Source: Eledone cirrhosa
Taxonomy: Eukaryota
Length of the DNA: 64,000 bases
NCBI GenBank assembly: GCA_964016885.1
Contig: OZ024743.1
Span: forward strand, 256,990,001 to 257,054,000
Reading direction: 5' to 3'
How positions within the stretch are numbered: the stretch's first letter is position 1; the number at the start of each line of letters is the position of its first letter. A program made the translations under genes and the position numbers. Positions 23,359 to 35,798 of this stretch are shown piece after piece. The notes under the pieces are model-generated. The model did no database searches. It saw nothing but the letters and a program-made list of their open reading frames with translations, and had not been told where the DNA came from.

Positions 23359-23899
23359 CGATATAACCCATATTTACATTTCTATATATTTAATATAAAC
23401 AGAAAAATTAGGCAATACTTTCTGCAGATTGAAGAGTAATTTACTGATGCAGGAGATTTACTAACACATGTTTCAGTGCAGTTCCATAATGGCCTGCAAG
23501 TTCTACATTGTTATGTAATCCACTATAGTGCAATGTGCTATTATGGTGCTGAAAATATACACACATATATATAGCAAGGGTAAAAATATAACTCTATTTG
23601 TATATTTGTATGTTGAAAGCTATATAAGAGGGAGAAGACCCTTATTCTATCTTTTTCTTTGGTTATATATGCTGAGAGAGACAGACAGAGAGAGAGAGAG
23701 GGGGAGGAAGAAAAGCACATTTATAAATGTACACATATATACAGTATCTGCAAATATACGTGAATTAGTTAGCTTGTGTACATGTATTTTAGCATGCCAA
23801 CACATGCACTCCTCATAATAAATCATTCTAAACCAGTAACACGCATAATTAAACACACACACACACATTTCACCAGTCATTCTCCAAGATGGTCGATTG

Positions 23900-24090
23900 A
23901 TTATGCATGTGTGTTTTTTTCTCCCCAATTTGTTTTCTCATTCCTTCCTCTCGTCACGCTTTACTTTCTATTTATCTTCTATTTCTAACTCTATCTTCTG
24001 ATGAAGCACTACTGTCCAAAAGTTAAGACTCTCTTCCTGCTCAGCATCTTCCATGTAGTGTGCCGTTTGTTTCGTTATTTCTGTTCATCT
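23900..24090 (+). mobile_element. Penelope-type terminal remnant with decayed minimal hammerhead
   Basis: TCTT-CTGATGAAG..TCCAAAAGTT-AAGA. Homologous to 29184-29234(-) and 44691-44740(+). Confidence 0.5.
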
Positions 24091-24109
24091 TTTTACACAT
24101 ATGTATAGG

Positions 24110-24442
24110 TATGGCATGGTATGGTCCCATAACTCTTGAGTGAGGCAAAGAGGTGCCCTATGGACATATGGCATTTCTAGGGCATTATTTAAACCTTGTG
24201 GAACCCATATCCTCTCCATGTTTGAATACAGCAGATTTCTTCCTGAGAAGGATAGATAGAGGAAGTGAGAAAGAGATATATAGGAAGAATCGACCCCAGT
24301 ACTAGACTGGTACTTTTTTTTATCAAACTTGAATAGATGAAATGCAAAGTTGACCTCGGTGGGATTTGAATACAGAAAGCAGAAATGAATACTACAAAGC
24401 ATTCTATCTGACATTCTAATAACTCTGCCAATTCACTGCTTA
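24110..24442 (-). mobile_element. SINE with family A head and alternative tail
   Basis: Homologous to 22594-22925. Confidence 0.75.
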
Positions 24443-25346
24443 TATATCATCATCATCATCATTGTTTAACACCTATCTTCTTATATATATATAGGTATAT
24501 GAGAATGTATATATTACTATATATACTACATACATTATGTTTTACTAGCACTAATCACTACCAAAAGCACTGCCTCCATTTTACATATATTAAAACTCCA
24601 CAGATTTAAAACCTGCTAAACTGTGAAAGATATAAATCTAAGTAAGGTGAATTTTAAATTAAAAATATAAAACTCATTTATGTTTCTAAAGGAAACTTGT
24701 AAGGAAAACAAATCATGATTTATATATACATCTCTCTCTCTATATATATATATGTGTGTGAGTGTGAGTATGTTTTGTGTGTGTATATATATATATATCA
24801 TAACGCATATATTTATTTCAATTTATGTTTTTATTTGTCGAATTCATAATGCATGCCTATAGAGAATGAGTTGTATTAAAAAATACAAAAAAAGACAAAA
24901 AAAAAACGAATGTACATAAAAATGTTGCTGTTGTTGATTCTGATGAGGATTATGATGATAAAGTTGAAAATATTCACTTAGTCATCAGACTAGCAATATA
25001 TTTGTTTAAAATATTTTACAATCTATATTTGATATCTATAAATACATACATACATACGTGTGTGTGTGTCTATTATATATATATATATCATTTATGTTAG
25101 GGTGTGTACCAGTGGGTAGAGCCGGTGGTTCAGATTGGTAAACGATGATGCAACAAATTAATTAAAGCACTCAACATTATGCAAATCATCCATTGTAGAT
25201 GTGGTATCTAGTGAACCCAAACATAAAATGGAAGATAGGAGATAAAGAAAAAATAAAAGTTAGAAAATAGAATATTCGATTTGGGGACAGCCTGCTAATA
25301 TGGTGTTATATCGATAGCACACAGTCTCTGAATCAATATATATATA

Positions 25347-26353
25347 TCATCAGCATCATCAGCATCATCACAATTTTACGTCCGTTCTTCCACGTTATCA
25401 TGGGTTAGACGGGTTGTCCTGTTGTGGGCAGTACCCGGTCAGCTGACCATGTCTTGCTCATACGGTAACTGATTCTGGCTTGATTTCTACAGATGGATGC
25501 CCATCCTAATACCAACCTCATTTACAGTGAGATGCTGGGTGCTTTTTTTCCATGGCGCCTACACGACCAATTTACAGTGGGAGGGTGTGGGGGCATGTTG
25601 TCTATATGCTTCAGCTTCGGCTTGCACCCATGGGGGGTCGGGTCTTCTGTATTACTGTGTGACGCCAGAGGTCACGGTCGTGTGTCATTGCCTTTGAGAG
25701 GTGAAATTGGGTAAGGTCGGCTTTTATCACCCCATTCCACGTCTTCTTGGGTCTCCCCACTCCGCGGTTTCTATTGACTTCTAGTGCTCTACACCTTTTT
25801 ATGCAGCAGTCATCCTTCATATACATCACATGTCCATACCAACGCAACCTCCTCTCCTGCACACAGCATTTGATTCCTCTTATACTCAGTCTCTCTCTCA
25901 ATTCGTTTATGCGTTGCCGTTCACGTATATTACTATTACACATCAATCGGAGCATGCAGGCTTTGTTTATTTCTAATCTACGCAAGTCTTCTACAGACAA
26001 TGCCCAGGTCTCACTATCATGTAACATTGCTGTTCATATACACAGTCTGCATCATACATACTAGCAGTGCAGTAGCTCCCTGAACTTCTTCCATCCCGTT
26101 CTTACCCTAGTTATTGTACTTTCTGAACACCCACCTCCGCTGCTAATTCAGTCACCTATGTAGCAGAAGCTGTCTACTGTTTCTACAGAGCCATCCCAGA
26201 GTTTGGTGGTACTTGCTTCCTGTGGCTGTTTGCTGCTTGTTGCCCTAGCGCAGCTGCTACATGTGAAGCCTACATTCTTAGTTAAGCTTCCTGAGATCCC
26301 ACTACATCTCTTGTGTAGCCATTGTTTGAATTTTGGGCAGAGGATGGAGTTCC
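25347..26353 (-). mobile_element. 3' fragment of the same RTE family as 13908-17075
   Basis: High identity to 13908-14980 with a small internal deletion. ORF MLHDSETWALSVEDLRRLE..RLRWYGHV. Confidence 0.92.
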
Positions 26354-26355
26354 TA

Positions 26356-26525
26356 TATCATCATCATTCATTTTACGTCTGCTTTTCCCTGCTTGCAAGG
26401 GTGGGACGGGAACTGATGCTGGCTTGATTTCTACAGCTGGATGCCCTTCCTAACACCAACCTCATTTACAGTGAGTGCTGGGTGCTTTTTTTGCCGTGGC
26501 AGCTCCACGACCACTTTGCAGTGGT
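26356..26525 (-). mobile_element. Short RTE-tail element
   Basis: (CAT)n tail plus TTTCTACAGCTGGATGCCCTTCCTAACACCAACC. Confidence 0.7.
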
Positions 26526-26549
26526 ATGATATGGACCCCAGTCCCTATC

Positions 26550-26696
26550 ATCTCATTTCTACAGCTGAGTAAACTGGAGCAATGTGAAATAAAGTGTCTT
26601 GCTCAAGGAAACAACACATCACCTGGTCTGAGAATTGAACTCACAACCTTTCGATTGCAAGGCCAATGCTCTAACCACTAAGCCATGTGCCTCCAT
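26550..26696 (-). mobile_element. CORE-like SINE family B, head and core
   Basis: Reverse strand has TGGCTTAGTGGTTAG, GAGTTCAATTC and CCTTGAGCAAGACACTTTATTTC. Confidence 0.8.
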
Positions 26697-26863
26697 GTAT
26701 ATATATATATATATACTTAGGGTAAACATTGATGCAATTCAATTGAACATCTACTTCGCTTTTCCTTATTCTATATATATATATATATAGTAATAATAAT
26801 AAATGTAAAGACTAAAATCCAAAGAACTCTCAATAATGATAATATATATATAAATATATATAA

Positions 26864-27197
26864 AAACCATAGAGCAAATAGAATATTAGCCTAATGACTC
26901 CATTTATACCATAAATGTGGTTTTGTTTTTTTCTTGTCTTTGCGTGAACTTGTTCTCATCACTCCATATAACGTCGTAATTATCCTTGTTTTTGTTTCCC
27001 GTTCATTGCCAGGGAACATCTTCATGAACCAAATTATCGTCTTCCTGTTTTCCTTCGCTTACAACGGTTTTCGAAATATTTACTTCTGCATCCACAGATG
27101 GATTTTTTAGTTTCAGAAGAACCCGTTAAGGGTGAATGCAGCTATTCTTTGCTTAAACTTTAATCTGTTCTTCTGATAAATATTTGCTCTATGGTTT
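26864..27197. mobile_element. MITE with perfect 17-bp TIRs in a TA tract
   Basis: aaaccatagagcaaata (26864-26880) and tatttgctctatggttt (27181-27197). Confidence 0.7.
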
Positions 27198-27409
27198 ATA
27201 TATATATATATACTTACTGCACCTCCTTCTGCCACAACTAAATTCTGAGCTGATTTGAATTTTTTTTTGTTTGTTTGTTTATTTTAAAGGCATCACAAAT
27301 TTGTAAATGCATCATATATTTAAACTTATCATCTATACATGTATGTGGGTATGTATATAAGTATGCATGTATGCAAGTATGTATCCATGTGTGTGTATAT
27401 ATACGTATG

Positions 27410-27540
27410 CAAAGGCATGTGGCCCACTGGTAAGCGTTTGAGCTCATGATCATCCGATTTTCAGACTGGTTGATACATTGGGTCCTTGAGCAAGAGTTTT
27501 CATTTCCCATTCCTCCAGTTCACTCAGCTAGAAATGTATA
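27410..27540 (+). mobile_element. Decayed SINE family B
   Basis: GTCCTTGAGCAAGAG..CTCCAGTTCACTCAGCTAGAAATG. Confidence 0.65.
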
Positions 27541-27694
27541 TCAGTAACAGATACAGCTCACTCCTGTTGGTGGATGGGCGTCATGTTCAAGGAGTGTCTT
27601 GTAATCTCAGTTTTTAAACCTAAATGAAACTGGGATAAGCTCAAGCCTTCCTTCAGCATATGCAATAATGGTGGAAATAAAAACATTTTTTGTA

Positions 27695-28510
27695 CATATG
27701 TAGGAAATGAGTTTAGTAAGGAATTTAAGGTACAGGTAGGAGTTTATCAGGGCCTGGTCCTCACCCCATGTCATTTCATTATAGTTTTCCAGGTCATAAC
27801 AAAGGGGTTTGAGACTGGTTGTCCATGGGAAATTCTGTAACTGATGATCTGGTCTTCATACATGAAACCATGGAAGAACTTAAGATTAAGTTCTGACTAT
27901 GAAAACATAATTTGGAATCAAAGGAACTGAGAGTAAACTTAGTCAAAAGTAAAGTGCTAGTAAGTAGGAAAGAAGATAGGGCTCTGATTCCTTCAGAGAA
28001 GTGGCCCTGATCAATATGTAGAAAATGAGTAGGCATAAACACTATACAATATACACAATGTACACAAGAGATGTAGTGGGATAACAAGTAGACTAACAGG
28101 AAGGAAGATTAATTTGGGATTAATTACTAGTAGCAGCAACAATGACATAAATCTTTTCCAGGAAGGATCCATAGATGATTACTTCCGCGATCTAGGTGAT
28201 TTCATTAGCAGTGCCACAGGGTGCTTTGAGAGCTTACTAGCTAGAATAAGGATAGGATGGAAGACTTTAAGGGAACTACTACCTCTGTTGTCAACAAAAG
28301 GTTTCTCCCTCTGAATGAAAGGCCAGCTATATGTCGCATATGTGTGAAGTGCAATGCTGCATGGCTCTGAAACGGGCAATGACTGTAGACGATATGCAGA
28401 GGTTGGAGAGAAATGAAGCAAGCATGGTTTGATGGATGTGCTATGTTAATGTAAGAGAACGATAGATCTTGGATGAACTGAGAGAAAAAGTGAATTGGAG
28501 ATGCATTTGG
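27695..28510 (+). mobile_element. Old RTE LINE internal fragment
   Basis: Remnants of QG..L.P..FIIV.Q, TGCPWE.L..DDL and RIRIGWKTLRELLPLLSTKGFSL, with stops. Confidence 0.85.
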
Positions 28511-29003
28511 AGTATTTAAGAAAATTGATTTACTATAAATTAGCTGATTTCACAATTTCATGATTTTTCAAATGTTAAGGGAGATGCTATGACGTAATTG
28601 TGGTGTCTCTATATATACAATAGGACATGTTCACATGGATATACTGAGACAAATGGCAAACAAATACAAGCATCTATTCACCTCTTCAGCAAAACCCTAG
28701 AAATACAATTCCATACATTAGAGTGGGGATGTATTATTATAGCCTTAAAACATTCTCTTGGGCACCAGAGATACGCATATGACAACACAACAAGATAATT
28801 CAACAGATGTATGTATATAGATATATATTAGAGTATGGGAGTTAACCAAACAGAGATGTGCGGACCACACTATGGTTTGTCGGTTGTGAAGTAGATAAAA
28901 AGAAGCGCTTAACGACCTTTATAAATGGTGAAGTTGGAGCACTATATATAAATAAAAGATTGGAGGCTATATTTAGTTGATTCAGGTTTATTTAAAACTC
29001 CAT

Positions 29004-29058
29004 TGTACATATTTCACTGAGGACTATCAGTTATGATAGTCTGAGCTCTTCAGACAGC
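29004..29058 (-). ncRNA. Decayed hammerhead-like motif (probable PLE terminus)
   Basis: Reverse strand reads CTGAAGA-G..GACTATCA-taac-TGATAGTC..T-GAAA-TAT-GTA. Confidence 0.45.
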
Positions 29059-29439
29059 AACATCTAAAATAAACACTGAAAGTTCCTATATATATATATA
29101 TGTTTGTATGTAAAAGGTAAACAGAAATAACAACACATCAGTACAGTATATGGAAGGGATATATTAGGTTAACGCTTGATATAGCAGGAAGAGGGTCTTA
29201 ACGTTTTGTACGCTAGTCCTTCATCAGAAGAAAGAATAAGAAATAAGATAGATTGAGGGGATGGGCGGGTTGGAATTGGAAAAAATGTCTTTAGATAAAA
29301 AATAACAGATCCATTCATGTTGACATCTCTTCAGATTTGTTAGAGTGTTTGATTAACAGGTCTGCAGAATTAGTCCTGTCTTTCTGTTCTCCAAGCTGAA
29401 ATCTCATCAAGGCTAACTTTGCTTTGCATTCGTTCTAAG

Positions 29440-29727
29440 GCCTAAAGTCTGTGTCAAGCTTGGAGGCTCATCAGGCCAGTGGTTATCCTGGTTTCTGAAG
29501 AATGAAGTGACTAAGAGTATAAGACTCACCACTAGAAGGAATGACAATCTATAGCAGGTTTAAACCCCCAGCTATTGTTTGTATTCATTTGTAGCTGATT
29601 ATACTAGAGCAATATAAAATAAGTTGTTTTGCTCAAGAACACAACAGAAAACCCAGCCCAGGAATGGAACCTATGATAATATGATTGTAACTCCAACACC
29701 TTTACCATCAGACCATGTGTCTTCAAA
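29440..29727 (-). mobile_element. Decayed SINE family B-like element
   Basis: Reverse strand has TGGTCTGATGGTAAAG, AGGTTCCATTCC and TTCTTGAGCAAAACAACTTATTTT. Confidence 0.6.
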
Positions 29728-30779
29728 TTCTTTAGGAGACCAATAAGATATAGAAGTAAACCAGCATGGTAGACAAGCATAGCATTGAATGTAATGTCTT
29801 GCATTCAAAGTTTGGCTCTAGATGATAATAATGATAGAGCCAGATATCTATGGCCCTGAATTCCTGATGGTGTTGTTGTGACATATGGCATGTCTTGGAC
29901 ATTTAAACCTGGTGGATTCCTTTCATTTCTAGGGCTGAGGGGAGGTTAATAAAGAGGAAAAGAGTGACAGAAGAATAATCACCTTAGTACTGTGTTGATC
30001 AATCCCAAGAGGATGAAAAGCAAAGTTAAAATACCTGGATTTAAAATAAGAGCACAGAGAGCTGATATGAATACCCAAAGCATTTTATCCAATGTTCTTT
30101 GTCAAGTATAATACACACATATGCACAGAGAGAGATGTCTGTGTGTGGTGGGTATATATATAAAAAGAGAGAGGAAGAGTAAAGGCCAATAACTGTGTAA
30201 GTGAAGGTGGAAGGTGTGGGGATTAATATATTATGTCAAACATTATATACATTTATTTCTATATTTTAAAGCAAATGTACATTAGATGAAAAAGACCACA
30301 TAGTTGTTGATGTTGTTGTTGATTTCTGCTTCAGTGAATGTGTGGCTTTATCACTTATATAACAGACAGAAAATATATGAGATGGTAATAGAAGAAGAAG
30401 AAGAAGAAGAAGAAGAAGGGGGAGAAGCAGGAGCAGGAAGGAGAAGACAATCTATAAGTGGAATGCTGAGAAAAAGAAATAGGCAAAAAAAAAAAATGTG
30501 CAAATATAAATATAAATAAAGAAATATATAAATCCCTAAATGAAAAATAAAAAAAAATTGTTTGAAAATATTTAGTGAAGATGAAACAAAATAAAAACAA
30601 ATAACTCCAGCACAACAAATATAAGAGTGAAGGGAATGAAAGTAATGAGAACAAAGAAAAAGAAAAGAAAGAAAATCTAAGTGAAGAAATAAAAAAAATA
30701 TGAGCAGAAAATATTGAATCAAGAGGAAGGGAGATAATTTTGAGAAGGAATAGACTATATATATATATACTTATAAGTA

Positions 30780-30781
30780 AG

Positions 30782-30835
<54 letters not shown>

Positions 30836-30850
30836 TATATATATATATAA

Positions 30851-30901
<51 letters not shown>
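30780..30901. repeat. (TA)/(CA)/(TG) microsatellite
   Basis: Direct reading. Confidence 0.9.
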
Positions 30902-32194
30902 CAGGGTGTGGACGATATTTGTTCGCAATTTTCAACTGCTAATTTTATGCAAATTTTTTTTACTTCCATTGTCAATCTTGTCTTCATAAAAACAGTGACT
31001 ATATTTCCATTATTTATTTTCAGAGTAATTGATTATGAATAATTTTGAACCTCCAAATTTGTGGAAGAGACACAGAGTTCTTCTTGGATTCCGCGCCGGA
31101 GGGGTGTGTGTGTGTGTGGGGGGGGGGGGGGTCAAATAAGGAAATTTCAGACTTTCTCAGCGTCAGAAGGAGAATGGTGGAAAAGGTCAGAAAGGGATTG
31201 GAAGATTCAGGATTCGACTACGAAGCAACATCAGAGAGGAAAACACAAGATCGACGATCTGACACCTTCAGAACGCCCGAGTTTGTCGCTGAAGTTCAGG
31301 ATATCATCAACAATGAACCTAGCAAGTTGATGCGTGCCATTGCAAGGGAGAAAGGCGGGGATGAAAAGCTCATTAGGCTGGTGGTACATGAAGACATTCG
31401 CTAAGATGAGGAAAGGACAATTTCTGTCAAAGGCGATGCAAGAAAAACGACTGAAGCACGCAAAGAAGCTGATCAACAAGTTGAAACACCCACTGGAGCC
31501 AGACATGCTGTGGTTTTTCTCCGACGAGAAAAACTTCTGCCAAGAACAGAAGACCAACTCCCAGAACAACAGGTGGCTCGCTGTTTCATCCAAAGACGTG
31601 CCCAGAGTCATGCAGACAAAGTTTCCAGTGACAATATTGGTTTAGGTGTCGTCAGCAGTCAAGGTGACGTAATGCCACCTCACTTCTACCCTGAGGGCCT
31701 CAAGCTGAACACCGATGGCTACATCCACGTTCTGAGTGAGGTAGTAAAACCCTGGATCGACCAGATAGCTGCAGGTACGTGTGGCAGCAAGACTCAGCGC
31801 CCTGCCATACCAGCCGAAAGACCCAAACCTGGCTGTCAGAGAACTTTGTCGACCACACTTCACCTAACATCTGGCCTCCCAGCTTGCCTGACTGCAACTC
31901 CCTCGACTTCTTTGTGTGGGGTGCAGTGGAACAAGACACCAACAGATCTAGCTGCAATATGAAAGACGATCTGAAGGTCAGGATCACAAGTGCCTTTAGG
32001 GGCCTAAGTCAGGGAACAGTGACGAAGGCCTGTAGCCGGTTCTAAGGCCGCCTTGAGGTTTATCGAGTGAGATCGAAAGAACAAGTCATGAAGACAAATT
32101 GACCCAAGTTTGATAAATATATCTTAAAAAATAAAACTACTGTGTTATCTTTTCCTAGACAGTAATCTTGCAAACAAATATCGTCCGCACCCTG
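30902..32194 (+). mobile_element. Full-length Tc1/mariner DD37D (maT-type) transposon, decayed
   Basis: 27-bp TIRs cagggtgtggacgatatttgttcgcaa (30902-30928) and 32168-32194. TA on both sides. Length 1293 bp. Confidence 0.92.
31035..32060 (+). pseudogene. DD37D transposase pseudogene
   Basis: WFFSDEKNF, WQQDSAPCH and WPPSLPDCNSLDFFVW. The second and third Asp are separated by 37 residues. Frameshifts and a (GT)n(G)n insertion. Confidence 0.9.
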
Positions 32195-32255
32195 TATATA
32201 TATATATATACACACACACACACATATGATATATATATATATATGTGTGTGTGAA

Positions 32256-32297
<42 letters not shown>

Positions 32298-32322
32298 TAT
32301 ACGCATACACACATATATATAT

Positions 32323-33120
32323 ATCATGGCTTGGCTTTGAAGATTATGAAGGTGGTGATCCTTGATAATTGCAGGCATGCTCATGGCAGTTCAGGCCAAT
32401 AGGGGACAGGCAGGCATAGCCGCAGCAGCTGCAATTGAAGGTCTGGTCAGGTTTTAATGACTTGGTGTTGTGGTTTTTTCTCCTGTGACTTCTGTCTTTG
32501 TGGGTGACTCTGTAGATGTTTTCGAAAGAGGAGGCAGCATGGTTGATGTTGAAATTCCAGGTGTCACGGTTCTCAGCTAGGTTGAACCATTGGTGATGGT
32601 TGATGTGATACGCACTAGGGATTTTTACAAACATTCCTTGTATCATTTCCTTGGTGCCCTCCTGTTATGATGGCCTGGTGAATGTACACCATTCAGCATG
32701 ATCTTTGGCAGGTGATGATTCTTCATCCTGGAGACATGCGTAGTTGAGACTTCAACAGCATGGCTTTCACCTGTTCAAGGACTTCAACATTGGTGACAAA
32801 GTCTCTCCAGTTGATGTTGAGGATTGTCTGTACATAGCGCTGGTGGAAGCACTCAAGGAGTCGAAGGTGGGGGCAATAAGTGACCCATGACTCTGAGCCA
32901 TATAGGAGGATGATAAGGACTATGGCTCTGTACATTCTGATCTTGGTACCCTTCTTCGGGTGTTTATTGTTCCACATGCATTTGTAAAGTCTATCAAATG
33001 CACTGCTTGCCTTTGCCATTCTGTTGCAGATTTCCTTGTCAATCTTCGCCTCTGATGTAATGGCATATGCCAAATAGGTGAACTAATTGACTGTTTTCAT
33101 TTCAGGCTCACCAATGCACA
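32323..33120 (-). mobile_element. RTE/BovB-like LINE 3' fragment (different family)
   Basis: IDKEICNRMAKASSAF..TKIRMYRAIV..LLYGSESW. Terminal zinc finger CSCCGYACLSPIGLNCHEHAC. 3' end ..AAGCCAAGCCATGAT. Confidence 0.85.
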
Positions 33121-33714
33121 TCATTAAATATTCAGCACATCATTAAATATTCAGTATCCTCCATAACCTTATGTTTAAGTATCTTAAACAAAATTCATAT
33201 TTGGGAGAAAAAATGTGTTGCTGTTAACACTTACACACATGTTTCTTGTACTATCTAAAACCTGATATATTTAAAATACTTTATTTAGGAGCAGGCATGT
33301 CAGGGCGGTTAAGAAATTTGCATTGAAATTATATAGTTTCCAATTCTGTGTTCAAAGTAGCGTGCAGGGTGTGTGTCTGGGGGGGGGGGCAACGGTGCAT
33401 TGGCCTCGGGCATCATTTGGGGAAAAGAACTTAATAAATTTGCTTGATTTATGTTAAAATTGAATAAAGCATTTATTTAATGTTTCATCTGCATTTATAT
33501 ATTCAAAATATTTTCCTTTCTCATAATATTTCTCATCATATTAGGCCTTCTACTTGAGTCTTTGGAGCATACAATCAAGATTTTCCCCAGGCATCACCAG
33601 ATCTCTGTATGCTGCTCAGTGTTCACCTGCGTGGGACATTAGGCAAGTGCTTTCTCCTAAAGACTTAGGCTAAGTAATGCTTTGCGAGTGAGAATTTGGT
33701 ACATGACCACGAGA

Positions 33715-33930
33715 ATCAGTGATCAACAATCTTTTGCAGTCGAGCACGTAGCAGTGGAGACTTCTGGTCTCCATGGCCCTATGGTCAACTCCCTACTCAC
33801 CACCATCAACACAGAGCTGGTTACCTGCAGGTGTGAGCCTCGCGAGATGGATTGGCTCTTCCAGCACATCACTCTCACCATCCTCTGGGGAAACACCCTC
33901 TCTGTTCTGTCCGCCAGGACTGTGGGGTGG
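33715..33930 (+). mobile_element. CRE-like RLE retrotransposon C-terminal fragment
   Basis: VAVETSGLHG...EPREMDWLFQHITLTILWGNTLSVL resembles the P.AVET.G..G...RE..FL.QR.S.A.QRGNA..IL terminus of CRE elements. Confidence 0.6.
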
Positions 33931-34159
33931 CCAGCATGTGCCATAATAATGAGAGATGGGGAGAACGGGAGAGATAGAGGCAGTGACAGTGGGAGTTTGG
34001 TTCTTCTGTGTTCGGACCTGGTGTGTGACTGATTTAACAGCAATGTTTTTTCTTTTATATACCTGTGTGTATGTCTGTGTATTAATATATATAATTTTTT
34101 AAGTAAATGTACGAAATTTAACAATCTTATCAAATTCCAATTGTCTAATGACAACCTTA

Positions 34160-34537
34160 AATAATTGTTTTAGTTTTGGCACAAGGCCAGCAATTATCCC
34201 AATTCATTACCAGTGCTTTATTTTATCACCCCCGTAAGGGTGAAAGGCAAAGTTAGCCTCGGCGGCATTTGAAATCAGACCGAAAAGGGATGTAACTCTA
34301 TGCTGCAAAGCATGACGTCCAACTCTCTACCGATACTGCCAATCCATCGCCCTTAAATAATTGTTTCTACTTTTGGCACAAGGCCAGCAATTAACCCAGT
34401 GCATTACTGATACTTTATTTTATCGACCCTGTAAAGATGACAGGCAAAGTTAACCTCAGCAGGATTTGAACTCAGATCGTAAAGGGCCGTAACTCTATGC
34501 TAAAAAGCATAGCGTCCAACCCTCTACCGATTCTGAA
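34160..34537 (-). mobile_element. Two head-to-tail tRNA SINE family A copies
   Basis: Two units (34160-34352, 34358-34537), each with A/B boxes and the family A body. Confidence 0.88.
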
Positions 34538-34644
34538 CGTCCCTAAAATAGCTTCCACCAAAGATGAACCTCTACAAAGCTCATGATAACAGAGGTCTGC
34601 TCACATGTCTAGGACTTTTATGTATTTAATTTATTATATAATAT

Positions 34645-34795
34645 ATGTGTGTGTGTCTGTGCACGCATGTGCATGTATGTGTGTGTGTGTGTGTGTGCAC
34701 ATGTGCATGTATGCGTTGTGTATGCATTCATGTGCATGTTCATGTATGTGTATGTGTGTGTGCATGCATGTGCATGAATGTGTGTGAGTGAGTCG
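34645..34795. repeat. (TG)/(CATG) compound microsatellite
   Basis: Direct reading. Confidence 0.85.
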
Positions 34796-35798
34796 TGAAA
34801 TGTTAGTATGCATGAAAACTGGGCATATGAGGGATTAGTATTGTGTGCATGGGAGATGAATATAATATTATGGATCATTGTGTAGAGAGATGCTGTACAG
34901 GAGACTTGTCCAACCCATGCAAGCAATAAAAAATGGCTGAAATGGTAATGATACTGATGATGATAAGGATGATGTGTGTGTATTTGCATGTCCAAGACAT
35001 GTCCAAGACTGTGCATACATTTCTTCATTGTTTATGTACTGTACCAGATTTGAACAAAATAAGTCGATATGATCAACCAAATCCATTTACATCGGTGCTC
35101 CAGCATGGCCTCGGTCTAATGACTGAAACCAATAAAAGGAAATCATAAATATGAAACATCATAAGAGTACATTTTCTACTAAAACAGAATTTAAAGAAGT
35201 AATTTTTAAATTTCTTTTGATATTTCAAAACATACGGGAAATTTCTTCTGCTTTTTCAAATATAGATAAAAAAGAAGTCATTTGTAATGATGTTAATTTT
35301 TTCTTAATTTTAAATAGAGAATATTTATGTATGTGTATATATATATATACATATATATATAATCTTTTTGTGTCTATTCATTCATACTTCAAATTTCTTC
35401 AGAAACCCATAAATAAATTCTAATCGTTTATTAAAGTATTTCAACTGTAAGATTTTTAACTGTATTTCAAATATATATAATAAATATTCATATCTTATAT
35501 ATAATTCAACATCATTTATATATTTCATTGCATTTCATCTTCATTATATGAAATAACTATTTCTGAATATATTTTAAATAATTTTGCTTTCATCACAACT
35601 CATTCTTTGGATGTTTTTAAAGAAGGCAACATGAACACCTCAAAATATTCCGGAATGAAATTTTATTTATATATCGATTTTTCAAATTAGAAAACAGCAA
35701 GTTTCAATCCACCACCATCTATGGCACAGTAAATATGGTCTTAATATTGTTACCGCACACCATCAGTGGTTTCAAAATTCTTATTTCTATTATATATA

